Origin: an uncultured bacterium
GTDB lineage: Bacteria; Acidobacteriota; Thermoanaerobaculia; Multivoradales; JAHZIX01
Reading direction: 5' to 3'
DNA: 64,000 nt
Assembly (NCBI GenBank): GCA_965368975.1
Contig: CBDUPA010000020.1
Location: forward strand, 50,939-114,938
The notes under the pieces: generated by a model
The model's input: the letters and a program-made list of their open reading frames with translations, nothing else
Database searches by the model: none
Told to the model about the DNA's origin: nothing
Part shown: positions 9,612-18,910 of the stretch, piece after piece
How positions within the stretch are numbered: the stretch's first letter is position 1
How the letters are laid out: every line of letters starts with the position of its first letter
Made by a program: the position numbers and the translations under genes

Positions 9612-10613
9612 TCAGTCCCAACTAAGGGAGGCGCCGGTGCGGTACTCCGTCACCCGTGTTTCGAAGAAATTCTTTTCCTTGGACAGGTCCGTCGACTGTG
9701 ACATCCACGGGAACGGGTTCTGGCGGTTGTAGACGCGCGGTAGCTCGAGCCGTTCGAGGCGCCGGTCGGCGATGAACTCGACGTACTGGCTGAACTGCTC
9801 GGCGTTGATGCCCAGCAGGCCGCTCGGGCAGGCATCGTGTGCGTACTTCTGCTCCAGTGCCACGCCCTTGGTGATCAGGGTGATGATCTCTTCCTGGAAC
9901 TCCGTGGTCCAGATCTCCGGGTTCTCGGCACGGATGGTGTTGATCAGGTCGCAACCGAAGGCCAGGTGGAGGCTCTCGTCGCGCATGATGTACTCGAATT
10001 GCTCGCCGATGCCAACCATCTTGTTCTGCCGCTTCAGCGCCAGCATCATGGCGAAGCCAGCGTAGAAGAAGATGCCTTCCATGATCACGTAGTAGCCGAC
10101 CAGGTCGCGCACGAAGCGACGGATGTTCTCGGTACCCTCGGTGTTGAAGTTGGGGTCGAAGACCGACTGCGTCATCTCCACCACGAACGCGTCCTTCTCG
10201 TGGATCGAGGGGATGGTGTTGTACATGTTGAAGATGTAGTCCGGGTCGAGCCCGAGAGTGTCGCAGCAGTAGATGAAGGTGTCCGTGTGCACCGCTTCCT
10301 CGAACGCCTGCCGCAGCAGGTACTGGCGCGCCTCCGGATTGGTGACGTGGTTGTAGACCGCGAGAACGATGTTGTTGGCGGTCAGCGACTCGGCGGTGGA
10401 GAAGAAGCCCAGGTTCCACAGGATCAGGCGGCGCTCTTCTTCCGAGATCACCTTGTCTGATTTCCACTGCTCCACGTCTTTCTGCATGGAGATCTCTTCC
10501 GGCGTCCAGTTGTTTGCGATGCCGGCCTTGTAGTGCTCGCGTGCCCAGTTGTAGGTCATGGGCAGGATCTTGTTGGGGTCGGTCTTGGAATTGTTGATGA
10601 TTCCCACGGTCAC
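9612..10613 (-). CDS. nrdB: Ribonucleotide reductase small subunit, class Ic-like (R2c)
   Basis: Ferritin-like ligands FFSTAES, EEAVHTDTF, MEGIFFY, RDESLH; C-terminal KEKNFFETRVTEY. Confidence 0.95.
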   Translation of the reverse strand: MTVGIINNSKTDPNKILPMTYNWAREHYKAGIANNWTPEEISMQKDVEQWKSDKVISEEERRLILWNLGFFSTAESLTANNIVLAVYNHVTNPEARQYLLRQAFEEAVHTDTFIYCCDTLGLDPDYIFNMYNTIPSIHEKDAFVVEMTQSVFDPNFNTEGTENIRRFVRDLVGYYVIMEGIFFYAGFAMMLALKRQNKMVGIGEQFEYIMRDESLHLAFGCDLINTIRAENPEIWTTEFQEEIITLITKGVALEQKYAHDACPSGLLGINAEQFSQYVEFIADRRLERLELPRVYNRQNPFPWMSQSTDLSKEKNFFETRVTEYRTGASLSWD

Positions 10614-10655
10614 TCCTTCACGGATTGGCAGGCTTCCAGGGGCTAGCGAACTGCC

Positions 10656-13577
10656 TTACTGGCAAGCTTCGCAGTCCGGGTCGTCGATGCGGCATAGGGA
10701 CGGTTCCGGAGCCTCGGCCGGTGCGCTTCGTAACATACTGGCCACCTGCGCCGTGGCGCTGGCGGTGACAGGTTCGTTGGCGGGTTCGGGGTGGACCGGT
10801 TCGGGGTGGACGGGCTCAGCCTGAGCAGGACGAGAGCCCACCTCGGGAAGTCGAGTCTGCGGCGTTGGTGCTTCCGCGCCAGCCGCCACCGGCTGTTGCT
10901 GGTACTCGCGTTTCTGGGTGAAGCCGTACTTGGAGTCCAGCGTCGACTTCTCGATCTGGCTCGCGGCCAGCGTTCGCAGATAGTAGGTCGTCTTGAGGCC
11001 GAGGCGCCAAGCCCACTGGTAGACGTCACTCAGTTGCTTGCCGGAGGTACCCTTGAGGAACACGTTGTGCGATTGGCTCTGGTCGATCCATTTGCCGCGG
11101 GCGGCGGTGATTCGCAGCGCCCACACCGGATCTACGTCGAAAGCTTCGACGTAGATGTCCTTGAGGTCCTGCGGGATCTCGTCGATCGCCGAGATGTTGC
11201 CATCGAAGTACTTCAGCTTGTCGAGCATCTCCTGGCCCCACAGGCCCTGGCGCTTGAGTTCCTCGACCAAGTAGTGGTTGACGACGGTGAACTCGCCGCT
11301 GATGTTGGCCTTGACGTAGATGTTCTTGTAGATCGGCTCGATGCACGGGAAGCAGCCCGAAATATTCGAGATGGTCGCGGTTGGCGCCACCGCCATGGTG
11401 TTCGAGTTGCGCATGCCGTACTGCTGCACGTGCTCATATACCGGCGACCAGTCCAGGCTGCGTTCCCGCGACACCTCGACCGGCACACCGCGCTCCTGCT
11501 CGAGCAGGTCGACGGTATCGGCCGGAAAGATGCCCCGCTCCCACTTGGAGCCAGGGTAGGAGCCGTACGCACCGCGCTCCTTGGCCAGCTCGGAGGAGGC
11601 AAGAATGGCGTGGTAGGAAATCCACTCCATGGTCTGGTCGGCGAAGCGCAGAGCACCCTCGGAGGCGAACGGCAGGCCGAGCTCGAACAATGCGTCCTGG
11701 AACCCCATCAGGCCCAGGCCGATCGGACGGTGGCGCAAGTTGGAGTTGCGCGCTTCGTCGGTAGGGTAGAAGTTGATGTCGATGACGTTGTCGAGCATGC
11801 GGATCGCCGTCTGCACGGACTCGGCCAGGGTCTCGCGGTCGAGCTGCCCGTCGACGAAGTGGCGCGCCACGTTGATCGAACCCAGATTGCACACGGCGGT
11901 CTCTTTGGCCGAGGTGTTGAGCGTGATCTCAGTGCACAGGTTGGAGCTGTGGATGACGCCAACGTGATCCTGCGGCGAGCGCACGTTGCACGCGTCCTTG
12001 AAAGTGATCCATGGGTGGCCCGTCTCGAACAGCATGGTCAGCATCTTGCGCCACAGGAGCTGTGCCTTGATGGTTCTGAACAGCTCGATCTCCCCGCGCT
12101 TGGCCTGCTGCTCGTAGTGCTCGTAGCGTTCCTCGAAGGCGCGGCCATACAGATGGTGCAGGTCGGGCACATCGTCGGGTGAGAACAGTGTCCAGTCGGC
12201 GTTGTCCTGCACCCGCTTCATGAACAGGTCTGGGATCCAGTTGGCGGTGTTCATGTCGTGGGTACGACGCCGCTCGTCACCGGTGTTCTTGCGCAGGTCG
12301 AGGAAGTCCTCGATGTCCATGTGCCAGGTCTCGAGGTAGGCGCAGGTGGCGCCCCGTCGCTTGCCGCTGCGGTTGATCGCCATGGTGACGTCGTTGGCGA
12401 TCTTGAGGAACGGGATGACACCCTGGCTCTCGACATTGGTCGACTTGATTGGTGAGCCGGTGGCGCGGATGTTCGACCAATCGTTGCCGATGCCGCCGGA
12501 CCACTTGGACAGCTGGGAGTTGTCGCCCAGGCACTTGAAGATGTGCTTGAGGTCGTCCTCGACGGTCGTCAAGTAGCAGGACGACAACTGCGGATGGCAA
12601 GTACCGGCGTGGAAGAGCGTGGGTGTCGAGGCGACGTAGCGCAGCTGGGACAGTAGCTCGTAGAACTCGATCGCCCGCTGCTCGCGCTCCGGCTCTTCGA
12701 TCGCCAGGCCCATGGCGACGCGCATCCAGAAGTGCTGTGGTAGCTCCAGGCAGTGGCCCTGGTAGCGGGTGAAATAGCGTTCGTAGAGCGTCTGGATGCC
12801 GAGATAGCGGAACAGGTCGTCACGGCCGGGATGCAGGGCTTCGGTCATGCGGTCGAGGTCGAAGTCGAGCAGGCGCGGGTCGTACAGGCCAGCCTCGACG
12901 CCGGTCGCCAGGCATCGCTGGAAGCTCTTGCCATAGGACTCCTCGAGTTGACCGTGGCTGAGACTGACGCCCAGCACTTCCTTGTACAGCTTGGTCAGCA
13001 GCAAGCGCGACGCCAGGCGTGCGTACGCGGGATCGCGCTCGATGAACGACGCCGACGCCATCACCAGTGCCAGCGAGATGCGGTCGGTGGGGATCTCGTC
13101 GTAGACGTTGTGAATGACCTCGCGCACCACCAAGTCGATGGCGATGTCGTCACCCAGATCCTCGGCGCAGCGGCGTACTGTACGGTCGACCTTCATGACG
13201 TTGAAGAGCACAGTGCGGCCGTCGCTCTTGCGCACCGTCAAGCGGCCCAGGCGCGCGCTCTCCATGGCCTGTCGCTTCACCTGCTCGCGGCTCTTTTGGC
13301 GGTCGGCGCGATAGAGGATGTACGCCTTGGCGATGTCGTACTGTCCCATCCGCATCAAGTGTTTCTCGACGATGTCCTGGACATTCTCGACGTTGGGGAA
13401 GAATTCCTGGAACCGACTGTCGATTTCTTCCTTGATGCCGATCATCAAGGTGTCGAGCGTCGCCTCTGGCAGCTCGTTGCTGATCGCGAGAACAGCTTTG
13501 AGGATGGCGTTACGGATTCGGATTTCGTCGAAATCGACGACCTCGCCATTACGCTTGACGATCTTCTGGATGCGCAT
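10656..13577 (-). CDS. nrdA: Ribonucleotide reductase large subunit with two N-terminal ATP-cones
   Basis: IVKRNG and VRKSDG cone starts, STPTLF, LSSCY, SSNLCTEI, GLKTTYYLR, terminal CRIDDPDCEAC; SD GAGGAG before ATG 13577. Confidence 0.95.
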   Translation of the reverse strand: MRIQKIVKRNGEVVDFDEIRIRNAILKAVLAISNELPEATLDTLMIGIKEEIDSRFQEFFPNVENVQDIVEKHLMRMGQYDIAKAYILYRADRQKSREQVKRQAMESARLGRLTVRKSDGRTVLFNVMKVDRTVRRCAEDLGDDIAIDLVVREVIHNVYDEIPTDRISLALVMASASFIERDPAYARLASRLLLTKLYKEVLGVSLSHGQLEESYGKSFQRCLATGVEAGLYDPRLLDFDLDRMTEALHPGRDDLFRYLGIQTLYERYFTRYQGHCLELPQHFWMRVAMGLAIEEPEREQRAIEFYELLSQLRYVASTPTLFHAGTCHPQLSSCYLTTVEDDLKHIFKCLGDNSQLSKWSGGIGNDWSNIRATGSPIKSTNVESQGVIPFLKIANDVTMAINRSGKRRGATCAYLETWHMDIEDFLDLRKNTGDERRRTHDMNTANWIPDLFMKRVQDNADWTLFSPDDVPDLHHLYGRAFEERYEHYEQQAKRGEIELFRTIKAQLLWRKMLTMLFETGHPWITFKDACNVRSPQDHVGVIHSSNLCTEITLNTSAKETAVCNLGSINVARHFVDGQLDRETLAESVQTAIRMLDNVIDINFYPTDEARNSNLRHRPIGLGLMGFQDALFELGLPFASEGALRFADQTMEWISYHAILASSELAKERGAYGSYPGSKWERGIFPADTVDLLEQERGVPVEVSRERSLDWSPVYEHVQQYGMRNSNTMAVAPTATISNISGCFPCIEPIYKNIYVKANISGEFTVVNHYLVEELKRQGLWGQEMLDKLKYFDGNISAIDEIPQDLKDIYVEAFDVDPVWALRITAARGKWIDQSQSHNVFLKGTSGKQLSDVYQWAWRLGLKTTYYLRTLAASQIEKSTLDSKYGFTQKREYQQQPVAAGAEAPTPQTRLPEVGSRPAQAEPVHPEPVHPEPANEPVTASATAQVASMLRSAPAEAPEPSLCRIDDPDCEACQ

Positions 13578-13934
13578 GTGGGGGGGACTCCTCGCGGGAT
13601 TGGGTCTCGCGGGTTGGGGCTCCGAAGTTGTGCGCCATGAATATTTTAGCGCGCCAGACATCCGGAGCCCGGCGTTTCGTAGCCTGCTGCGATCGATGTC
13701 ACCGGGCACGCTACCGACGGGGAAGCGGTACGGCCGGTGGATGCCGACGAATCACCCTCTGCTGCGAGGAGTGCTGCCGGTATGGCGTGCTGCCGAGAGA
13801 TGCTTTGACGAAGCTAAAGCCAACCAACGCCAGGATTTCCCGAGACTGTCCGTCGAATCAAAGTCCGACAGGTGACGATCAAGCGTCAGTGCGGCCGAGC
13901 CAACGTCATTGGAGCTTATAGCAACACTTCGAAG

Positions 13935-13963
13935 AATCTACTAGATGTGGTTGGGCGTGTCAA
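13935..13963 (-). promoter_or_regulatory. Sigma-70 promoter for nrdAB
   Basis: Minus strand TTGACA-17 nt-TAGATT. Confidence 0.7.
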
Positions 13964-13985
13964 GATGAACCCCAACATGATGTGG
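13938..13985. promoter_or_regulatory. Tandem NrdR boxes
   Basis: ctaCtAgATgTgGttg (13938-13953) and cccCaAcATgatGtgg (13970-13985) match acaCwAtATaTwGtgt, are 32 bp apart and straddle the -35. Confidence 0.78.
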
Positions 13986-14100
13986 TCGTAGGGTCGCTCG
14001 CTCTCGAGCTGGGCCGAGCGCGACGATCGTAGCATATTTCGGGCGGTAATAGGGCGTAACCTTGGCGGGCTTCGAGGCTCGTGGTGCGATGTGGCTCTTG

Positions 14101-14129
14101 TTGACCCGGTCCATGGGCAGTGATACGCT
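14101..14129 (+). promoter_or_regulatory. Sigma-70 promoter for the mglA-like/nrdR/lon/thiL operon
   Basis: TTGACC-17 nt-TACGCT with TG extension. Confidence 0.55.
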
Positions 14130-14162
14130 CTGAGATCCGCAAGACCTGTGGGGCTTTAGACT

Positions 14163-15992
14163 ATGGTGTTCTTCAACTACGGTACGATGCAGATGGCAGC
14201 CAAGGTCGTGTATTACGGCCCGGGCCTGTGCGGCAAGACGACGAATCTGCAGTACATCTACGGCCACACGTCGAACGACTCGCGTGGCGAAATGGTCTCG
14301 CTGGAGACGGAGACGGATCGAACCCTGTTCTTCGATCTGCTGCCCATCGACATTGGCACGATCGGCGGGTTCGCCACGCGGATTCAGCTCTACACCGTAC
14401 CTGGTCAGGTGTTCTACAACACCACTCGCAAGCTGGTGCTGAAGGGGGTCGACGGGGTCGTCTTCGTTGCCGACTCGCAGCAGCCGATGGTGCAGGCGAA
14501 CGTCGACTCGCTCAACAACCTGGAAGAGAATCTCGGCGAGATCGGCCTGACGCTGGACGAGGTGCCGATCGTCCTGCAGTACAACAAGCGCGATCTGCCC
14601 AACATCTGCTCGGTCGACGAGCTCAACGCCGCCCTCAACAGGAGCGACTGGCCCTACTTCGAGGCTTCGGCACTCACCGGTCAGGGCGTGTTCGAGACGC
14701 TGAAGGGCATCTCCAAGCTGACGTTGGTCTCGCTCAAGCGGAAGCTGGCCAAGGATCAGGACGAAGATTCCAGCAGTGCTGCGAGTCCGCCACCTGCGCG
14801 ACCGACGCCGCCGCCTATCAAGCCGATCGCGCCCGTGGGTACGCCCGCGTCCGCGTCGCCGGAGAGGGCATCCTCGGTATCGGCGCCGCCACTGGCCGTG
14901 CCGGTAGCGAGCCCAGCAGGGGCGACTCCGCCCGCCGTGACTCCTGCAGTGACGCCCCCTGCAGTGACACCCCCTGCAGTGACGCCCCCTGCAGTGACGA
15001 CCGAGCCAGCGGCCGAAGGCGAAGACGGCGGGGCACCGATCCGACGTTCCGCCCGCGATTCCGTGCCACCGCCCGAGCCGATCCAGGCGCCGGAGCTGAG
15101 CAGCGCCGACATCGCCGCGTCGCGAGTGCAGGCTGCTGCCGCCCAAGATCCCGCCAGCGGAGAGCTGGCATCGACGTCGTCTGTCGAAGAGTCCGGTACG
15201 GGTACGGCTTCCGGGGCGCAGCCCTTCCCGGCGCTGGCTTCCGAGCCGGGAGCCGAAGATCTGGCTGCGGTAGGCAGCTCCAGTGATGCCGGCATCTTTG
15301 CCGAGCCCGAAGCTCCTACAGATTCAGTCTTCGCAGCGGACGAGCAGGTTGCCACCGAACCCTCCGGCGATGATGAGCCCCAAGCGGCGAGTACCGAATC
15401 TACAGGCAGCGAGCCCATGAGCCGCGAGCCCATGAGCAGCGAGCCCGTCGCCCCAGCCCCTGTCCCCCAGCGCGCAGATGAGAGCCCCTTCGTCACGGCG
15501 CCGGAAAGCAGTGATGAGCCGGAGATGAGCGAGCAAGCGGAGATGGATCCGTTTGCGCCGGACCCAGTCCCGGCTGCCGCGGCTCTGCCTGCGCTGTCCG
15601 AACCGCGGGTCGCGGCTGCAGCGCTCGCTACCTCGACACCCTCGACCTCGGCACCCTCGAGCCCAAGCGCCAGTTCCGCGCCGGTGCCTGGCAGGCGCCG
15701 ACGTCGTTCGCTCGACGCCCTCGGGGAACTCGAGAAGCTGCGCCAGCAGGTCAAGGCGCCGCGCGCCGGTGGGCGTGCCAACGGTCAAGGCGAAATGAGC
15801 CGCGAGATCCAAATGACGGTCGCGCGGGCAGACTTCCCGCGTCTGCGTCGCTTCCGGCTCAGCCTGCAGGTGGAAGACGAGCAACAGCAGGTGGTGGAAG
15901 CCGTGCGCGATCTAGATGTCGAGATTCAGGGCAAGGAAAGTCTCGACCACCTACTCTTGCGCCTGAACGTCGCGCTGAGCGCCAGGGACTGA
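14163..15992 (+). CDS. MglA-family small GTPase with long Pro/Ala/acidic linker and C-terminal domain
   Basis: KVVYYGPGLCGKTTNL, TETDRTLFFD, YTVPGQVFY, GVDGVVFVADS, QYNKRDLP are MglA signatures; ~400-aa extension follows. Confidence 0.88.
   Translation: MVFFNYGTMQMAAKVVYYGPGLCGKTTNLQYIYGHTSNDSRGEMVSLETETDRTLFFDLLPIDIGTIGGFATRIQLYTVPGQVFYNTTRKLVLKGVDGVVFVADSQQPMVQANVDSLNNLEENLGEIGLTLDEVPIVLQYNKRDLPNICSVDELNAALNRSDWPYFEASALTGQGVFETLKGISKLTLVSLKRKLAKDQDEDSSSAASPPPARPTPPPIKPIAPVGTPASASPERASSVSAPPLAVPVASPAGATPPAVTPAVTPPAVTPPAVTPPAVTTEPAAEGEDGGAPIRRSARDSVPPPEPIQAPELSSADIAASRVQAAAAQDPASGELASTSSVEESGTGTASGAQPFPALASEPGAEDLAAVGSSSDAGIFAEPEAPTDSVFAADEQVATEPSGDDEPQAASTESTGSEPMSREPMSSEPVAPAPVPQRADESPFVTAPESSDEPEMSEQAEMDPFAPDPVPAAAALPALSEPRVAAAALATSTPSTSAPSSPSASSAPVPGRRRRRSLDALGELEKLRQQVKAPRAGGRANGQGEMSREIQMTVARADFPRLRRFRLSLQVEDEQQQVVEAVRDLDVEIQGKESLDHLLLRLNVALSARD
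14925..14999 (+). repeat. Intragenic tandem repeat (~15 bp unit, TPPAV)
   Basis: acgccccctgcagtg-like unit repeated about 5 times, one copy shortened. Confidence 0.85.
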
Positions 15993-16002
15993 CACCCGGC
16001 TG

Positions 16003-16464
16003 ATGCGCTGTCCGTTCTGCGGTGAAAACCGCGACAGGGTTGTCGACTCCCGCGAGAGCCGGGACGGTGACACGATCCGCCGCAGGCGTCACTGCTTGGA
16101 GTGCGACCGCCGCTTTACCTCGTACGAGCAGATCGAAGACATTCCCTACATGGTCGTCAAAGAAGACGGCAGCCGCCAGGAGTTCAACCGCAAGAAGCTG
16201 CTCTCCGGCATGCTCAAGGCCTGCGAGAAGCGCCCGGTGTCGACGCAGCAGTTGGAGCAGATCGTTGAGGAGGCGGAGCAGCTTCTACACGAGCGGTCGG
16301 AGCGCGAGATTTCCACGACGGAGCTGGGTAACTTCGTGATGGACAAGCTGAGGTCCTTGGACCAAGTGGCTTATGTCCGCTTCGCCTCGGTCTACAGGCG
16401 GTTCGAAGATGTCGACGCCTTCCGGGACGTGCTCACCACCCTGCTCAAGGAGCCGGATCGATGA
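16003..16464 (+). CDS. nrdR: Transcriptional repressor NrdR
   Basis: MRCPFC...RRRRHCLEC..RFTSYE zinc ribbon, ATP-cone, DQVAYVRFASVY. Confidence 0.97.
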   Translation: MRCPFCGENRDRVVDSRESRDGDTIRRRRHCLECDRRFTSYEQIEDIPYMVVKEDGSRQEFNRKKLLSGMLKACEKRPVSTQQLEQIVEEAEQLLHERSEREISTTELGNFVMDKLRSLDQVAYVRFASVYRRFEDVDAFRDVLTTLLKEPDR

Positions 16465-18863
16465 GCGTCGAAGTTTACGAAGAGGTCATTGCGATCCCGG
16501 ATGTCCTGCCGGTTCTGCCGGTCAAGGATGCGGTGATCTTCCCGTACATCATCCTGCCGCTGTCGATCAGCGACGAGCGCAGTATCGTTGCTGTCGACCG
16601 GGCGCTCACGGACGGTCGCACCCTCGTCTTGGCGGCCCAGCGCGAAGAAGGAGACGGTTCCGGAGACTTGCCCGCGGAGCTGCGCGAGCTGGGTGAGGAG
16701 GGGATCTACCAGGTCGGCACGGCCGCGACCATCATGCGTATGCTACGTCTGCCTGACGGTCGTGTGCGCATCCTGGTGCAAGGCTTGCAGCGCGTCCGCA
16801 TTGAGCATCTCGGCCAGCAAGAGCCATATCTGCAGGCCAAGATCGGGCGCCTGGACGAGGCCTCGTCGCCCTTGCCCAAGGACTACGATGCCATCGTACG
16901 CGGGATGCGCGAGGGCCTGGAGCGGGCGGTCCACTTGGGACGTCAGATCTCGCCCGAGGTGATGGTGATCGCCGCCAACGTCGAGGATCCGGGCCGGCTG
17001 GCCGACCTGGTGGCGAGTAACTTGGAACTCAAGATCTCGGAAGCGCAGGCACTGCTGGAAGATGGAGATCCGCTGCATCGCCTGAAAACGGTGAGCGAAC
17101 TCCTGCAGCGCGAACTGGTGCTGCTCGAAGTGCAGCAGAAGATCGCCGAAGAAGCGCGTGGCGAGATGGATCGCAACCAGCGCGAGTACTTCCTGCGCCA
17201 GCAGCTGCGCGCTATCCAGACCGAGTTGGGTGAGGTCGATGAACTGGCCGAGGAGATCGAGGCCTACCGCAAGGTGGCGCGCGAGAAAGGGCTGTCCGAG
17301 GAAGCGACCGAGGAGATGGAGCGGCAGATCCGACGCCTGGAACGCGGCCATCCGGACAGTGCCGAGACCTCCATCCTGCGCACCTATCTCGACTGGTTGA
17401 CCGGCATGCCTTGGCAGGTCTGCTCGAAAGACAAGCTGGACCTGACCCGTGCTCGCAAGGTGCTCGATGCCGACCACTACGGGCTGGAGAAGATCAAGGA
17501 GCGCATCCTCGAGTACCTCGCCGTACGCCAGCTACGCGACGATGCCCGCGGGCCTCTGCTGTGCTTCGTCGGTCCACCGGGTGTCGGCAAGACGTCGCTG
17601 GGCCGCTCGATCGCCCGCGCGCTGGGGCGCGAGTTCGTGCGCATCTCCCTCGGTGGTGTCCACGACGAGGCCGAAATCCGCGGCCACCGTCGTACCTATA
17701 TCGGGGCGCTGCCCGGCCGGATTCTGCAGGGCCTGCACCAGGCGCGCACGTCCAATCCGGTCTTCATGCTCGACGAGATCGACAAGATAGGCACCCATCG
17801 CCAGGGCGACCCATCGTCGGCTCTGCTGGAAGTGCTCGATCCAGAGCAGAATTCGACCTTCCGCGATCACTACCTGGGCGTTGCCTACGACCTTTCCAAG
17901 GTCATGTTCATCGCCACCGCGAACCTGACGCAGCCGATCCAGCCCGCCTTCCTGGACCGCATGGAAGTGCTCGAGCTCACCGGCTACACAGAGGGTGAAA
18001 AGCTCTCGATCGCCCGCCGCTACCTGATCCCCAAGCAACGCGAGGAGAATGGCCTGTCGGGCAAGCACATCCAGATCACCGATCCGGCGGTGCGCCTGCT
18101 GATCCAGCGCTACACGCGTGAAGCTGGCCTGCGCAACTTGGAGCGGGAGCTCGCGTCGCTGTGCCGCAAGGTTGCGGTAGGGGTCGCCGAGGGGGAGACG
18201 CAGCGAGTGCGGGTGACGCCGAAGTGGGTCGAGACGGCGATCGGGCCACCGCGCCACTTCCCGGAAGAGCTGCTGCAGGAAGACAAGATCGGCGTCGCCA
18301 CCGGTCTGGCCTGGACCGCGGTCGGCGGCGACTTGATGTTCATCGAGGTCATCGCTGTGCCTTCCACGCACGGCAAGGGCGGTGGCGGTTTGACCCTGAC
18401 GGGGCAGCTCGGCGACGTGATGAAGGAGAGTGCGCAGGCAGCGTTGTCCTACGCACGACTCGAAGCGGGCCGCCGCGGGGTCGACAGCAAGTTCTTCCAG
18501 CAGCACGATCTGCACGTTCATCTACCGGCCGGGTCGGTACCCAAGGATGGTCCGTCGGCCGGCATCACCATTGCGACCGCGATCCTCTCGCTACTCCTCA
18601 AGCGGCCGGTGGATCATCGCCTGGCGATGACCGGTGAGATCACGCTGCGAGGCGACGTGCTACCGATCGGCGGCCTGAAAGAGAAGGTGCTGGCCGCCCG
18701 CACCGCGGGCATCCACCATGTCGTTCTGCCCAAACTCAACGCGCGCGACCTGGCCGAGATCAAGGATCATCTGAAGGAAGGCATCACCTTTCACCTGGCA
18801 GAGAGCATGGAAGAGGTATTGCAACAGGCCTTGCGGCCCGAGGTCTCCACCGCGACGTCTTGA
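16461..18863 (+). CDS. lon: ATP-dependent protease La
   Basis: LON N-domain, GPPGVGKTS, RGHRRTYIGALPG, PKDGPSAG catalytic Ser, GGLKEK. Confidence 0.97.
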   Translation: MSVEVYEEVIAIPDVLPVLPVKDAVIFPYIILPLSISDERSIVAVDRALTDGRTLVLAAQREEGDGSGDLPAELRELGEEGIYQVGTAATIMRMLRLPDGRVRILVQGLQRVRIEHLGQQEPYLQAKIGRLDEASSPLPKDYDAIVRGMREGLERAVHLGRQISPEVMVIAANVEDPGRLADLVASNLELKISEAQALLEDGDPLHRLKTVSELLQRELVLLEVQQKIAEEARGEMDRNQREYFLRQQLRAIQTELGEVDELAEEIEAYRKVAREKGLSEEATEEMERQIRRLERGHPDSAETSILRTYLDWLTGMPWQVCSKDKLDLTRARKVLDADHYGLEKIKERILEYLAVRQLRDDARGPLLCFVGPPGVGKTSLGRSIARALGREFVRISLGGVHDEAEIRGHRRTYIGALPGRILQGLHQARTSNPVFMLDEIDKIGTHRQGDPSSALLEVLDPEQNSTFRDHYLGVAYDLSKVMFIATANLTQPIQPAFLDRMEVLELTGYTEGEKLSIARRYLIPKQREENGLSGKHIQITDPAVRLLIQRYTREAGLRNLERELASLCRKVAVGVAEGETQRVRVTPKWVETAIGPPRHFPEELLQEDKIGVATGLAWTAVGGDLMFIEVIAVPSTHGKGGGGLTLTGQLGDVMKESAQAALSYARLEAGRRGVDSKFFQQHDLHVHLPAGSVPKDGPSAGITIATAILSLLLKRPVDHRLAMTGEITLRGDVLPIGGLKEKVLAARTAGIHHVVLPKLNARDLAEIKDHLKEGITFHLAESMEEVLQQALRPEVSTATS

Positions 18864-18910
18864 TCGGCGTCCCGAAGAGAGCAGAGTCTCAACCTAGGGG
18901 GGAAACGTCG

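Noticed and set aside
13580-13586. G7 tract between the SD and the nrdA start as a phase-variation switch
   Set aside because: Too short to be significant in a high-GC genome
13578-13930. Cobalamin riboswitch upstream of nrdAB
   Set aside because: Only a gggaaatcc fragment is present; B12-box and core motifs not found
14925-14999. Possible CRISPR or iteron array
   Set aside because: No spacers; in-frame coding repeat (TPPAV)
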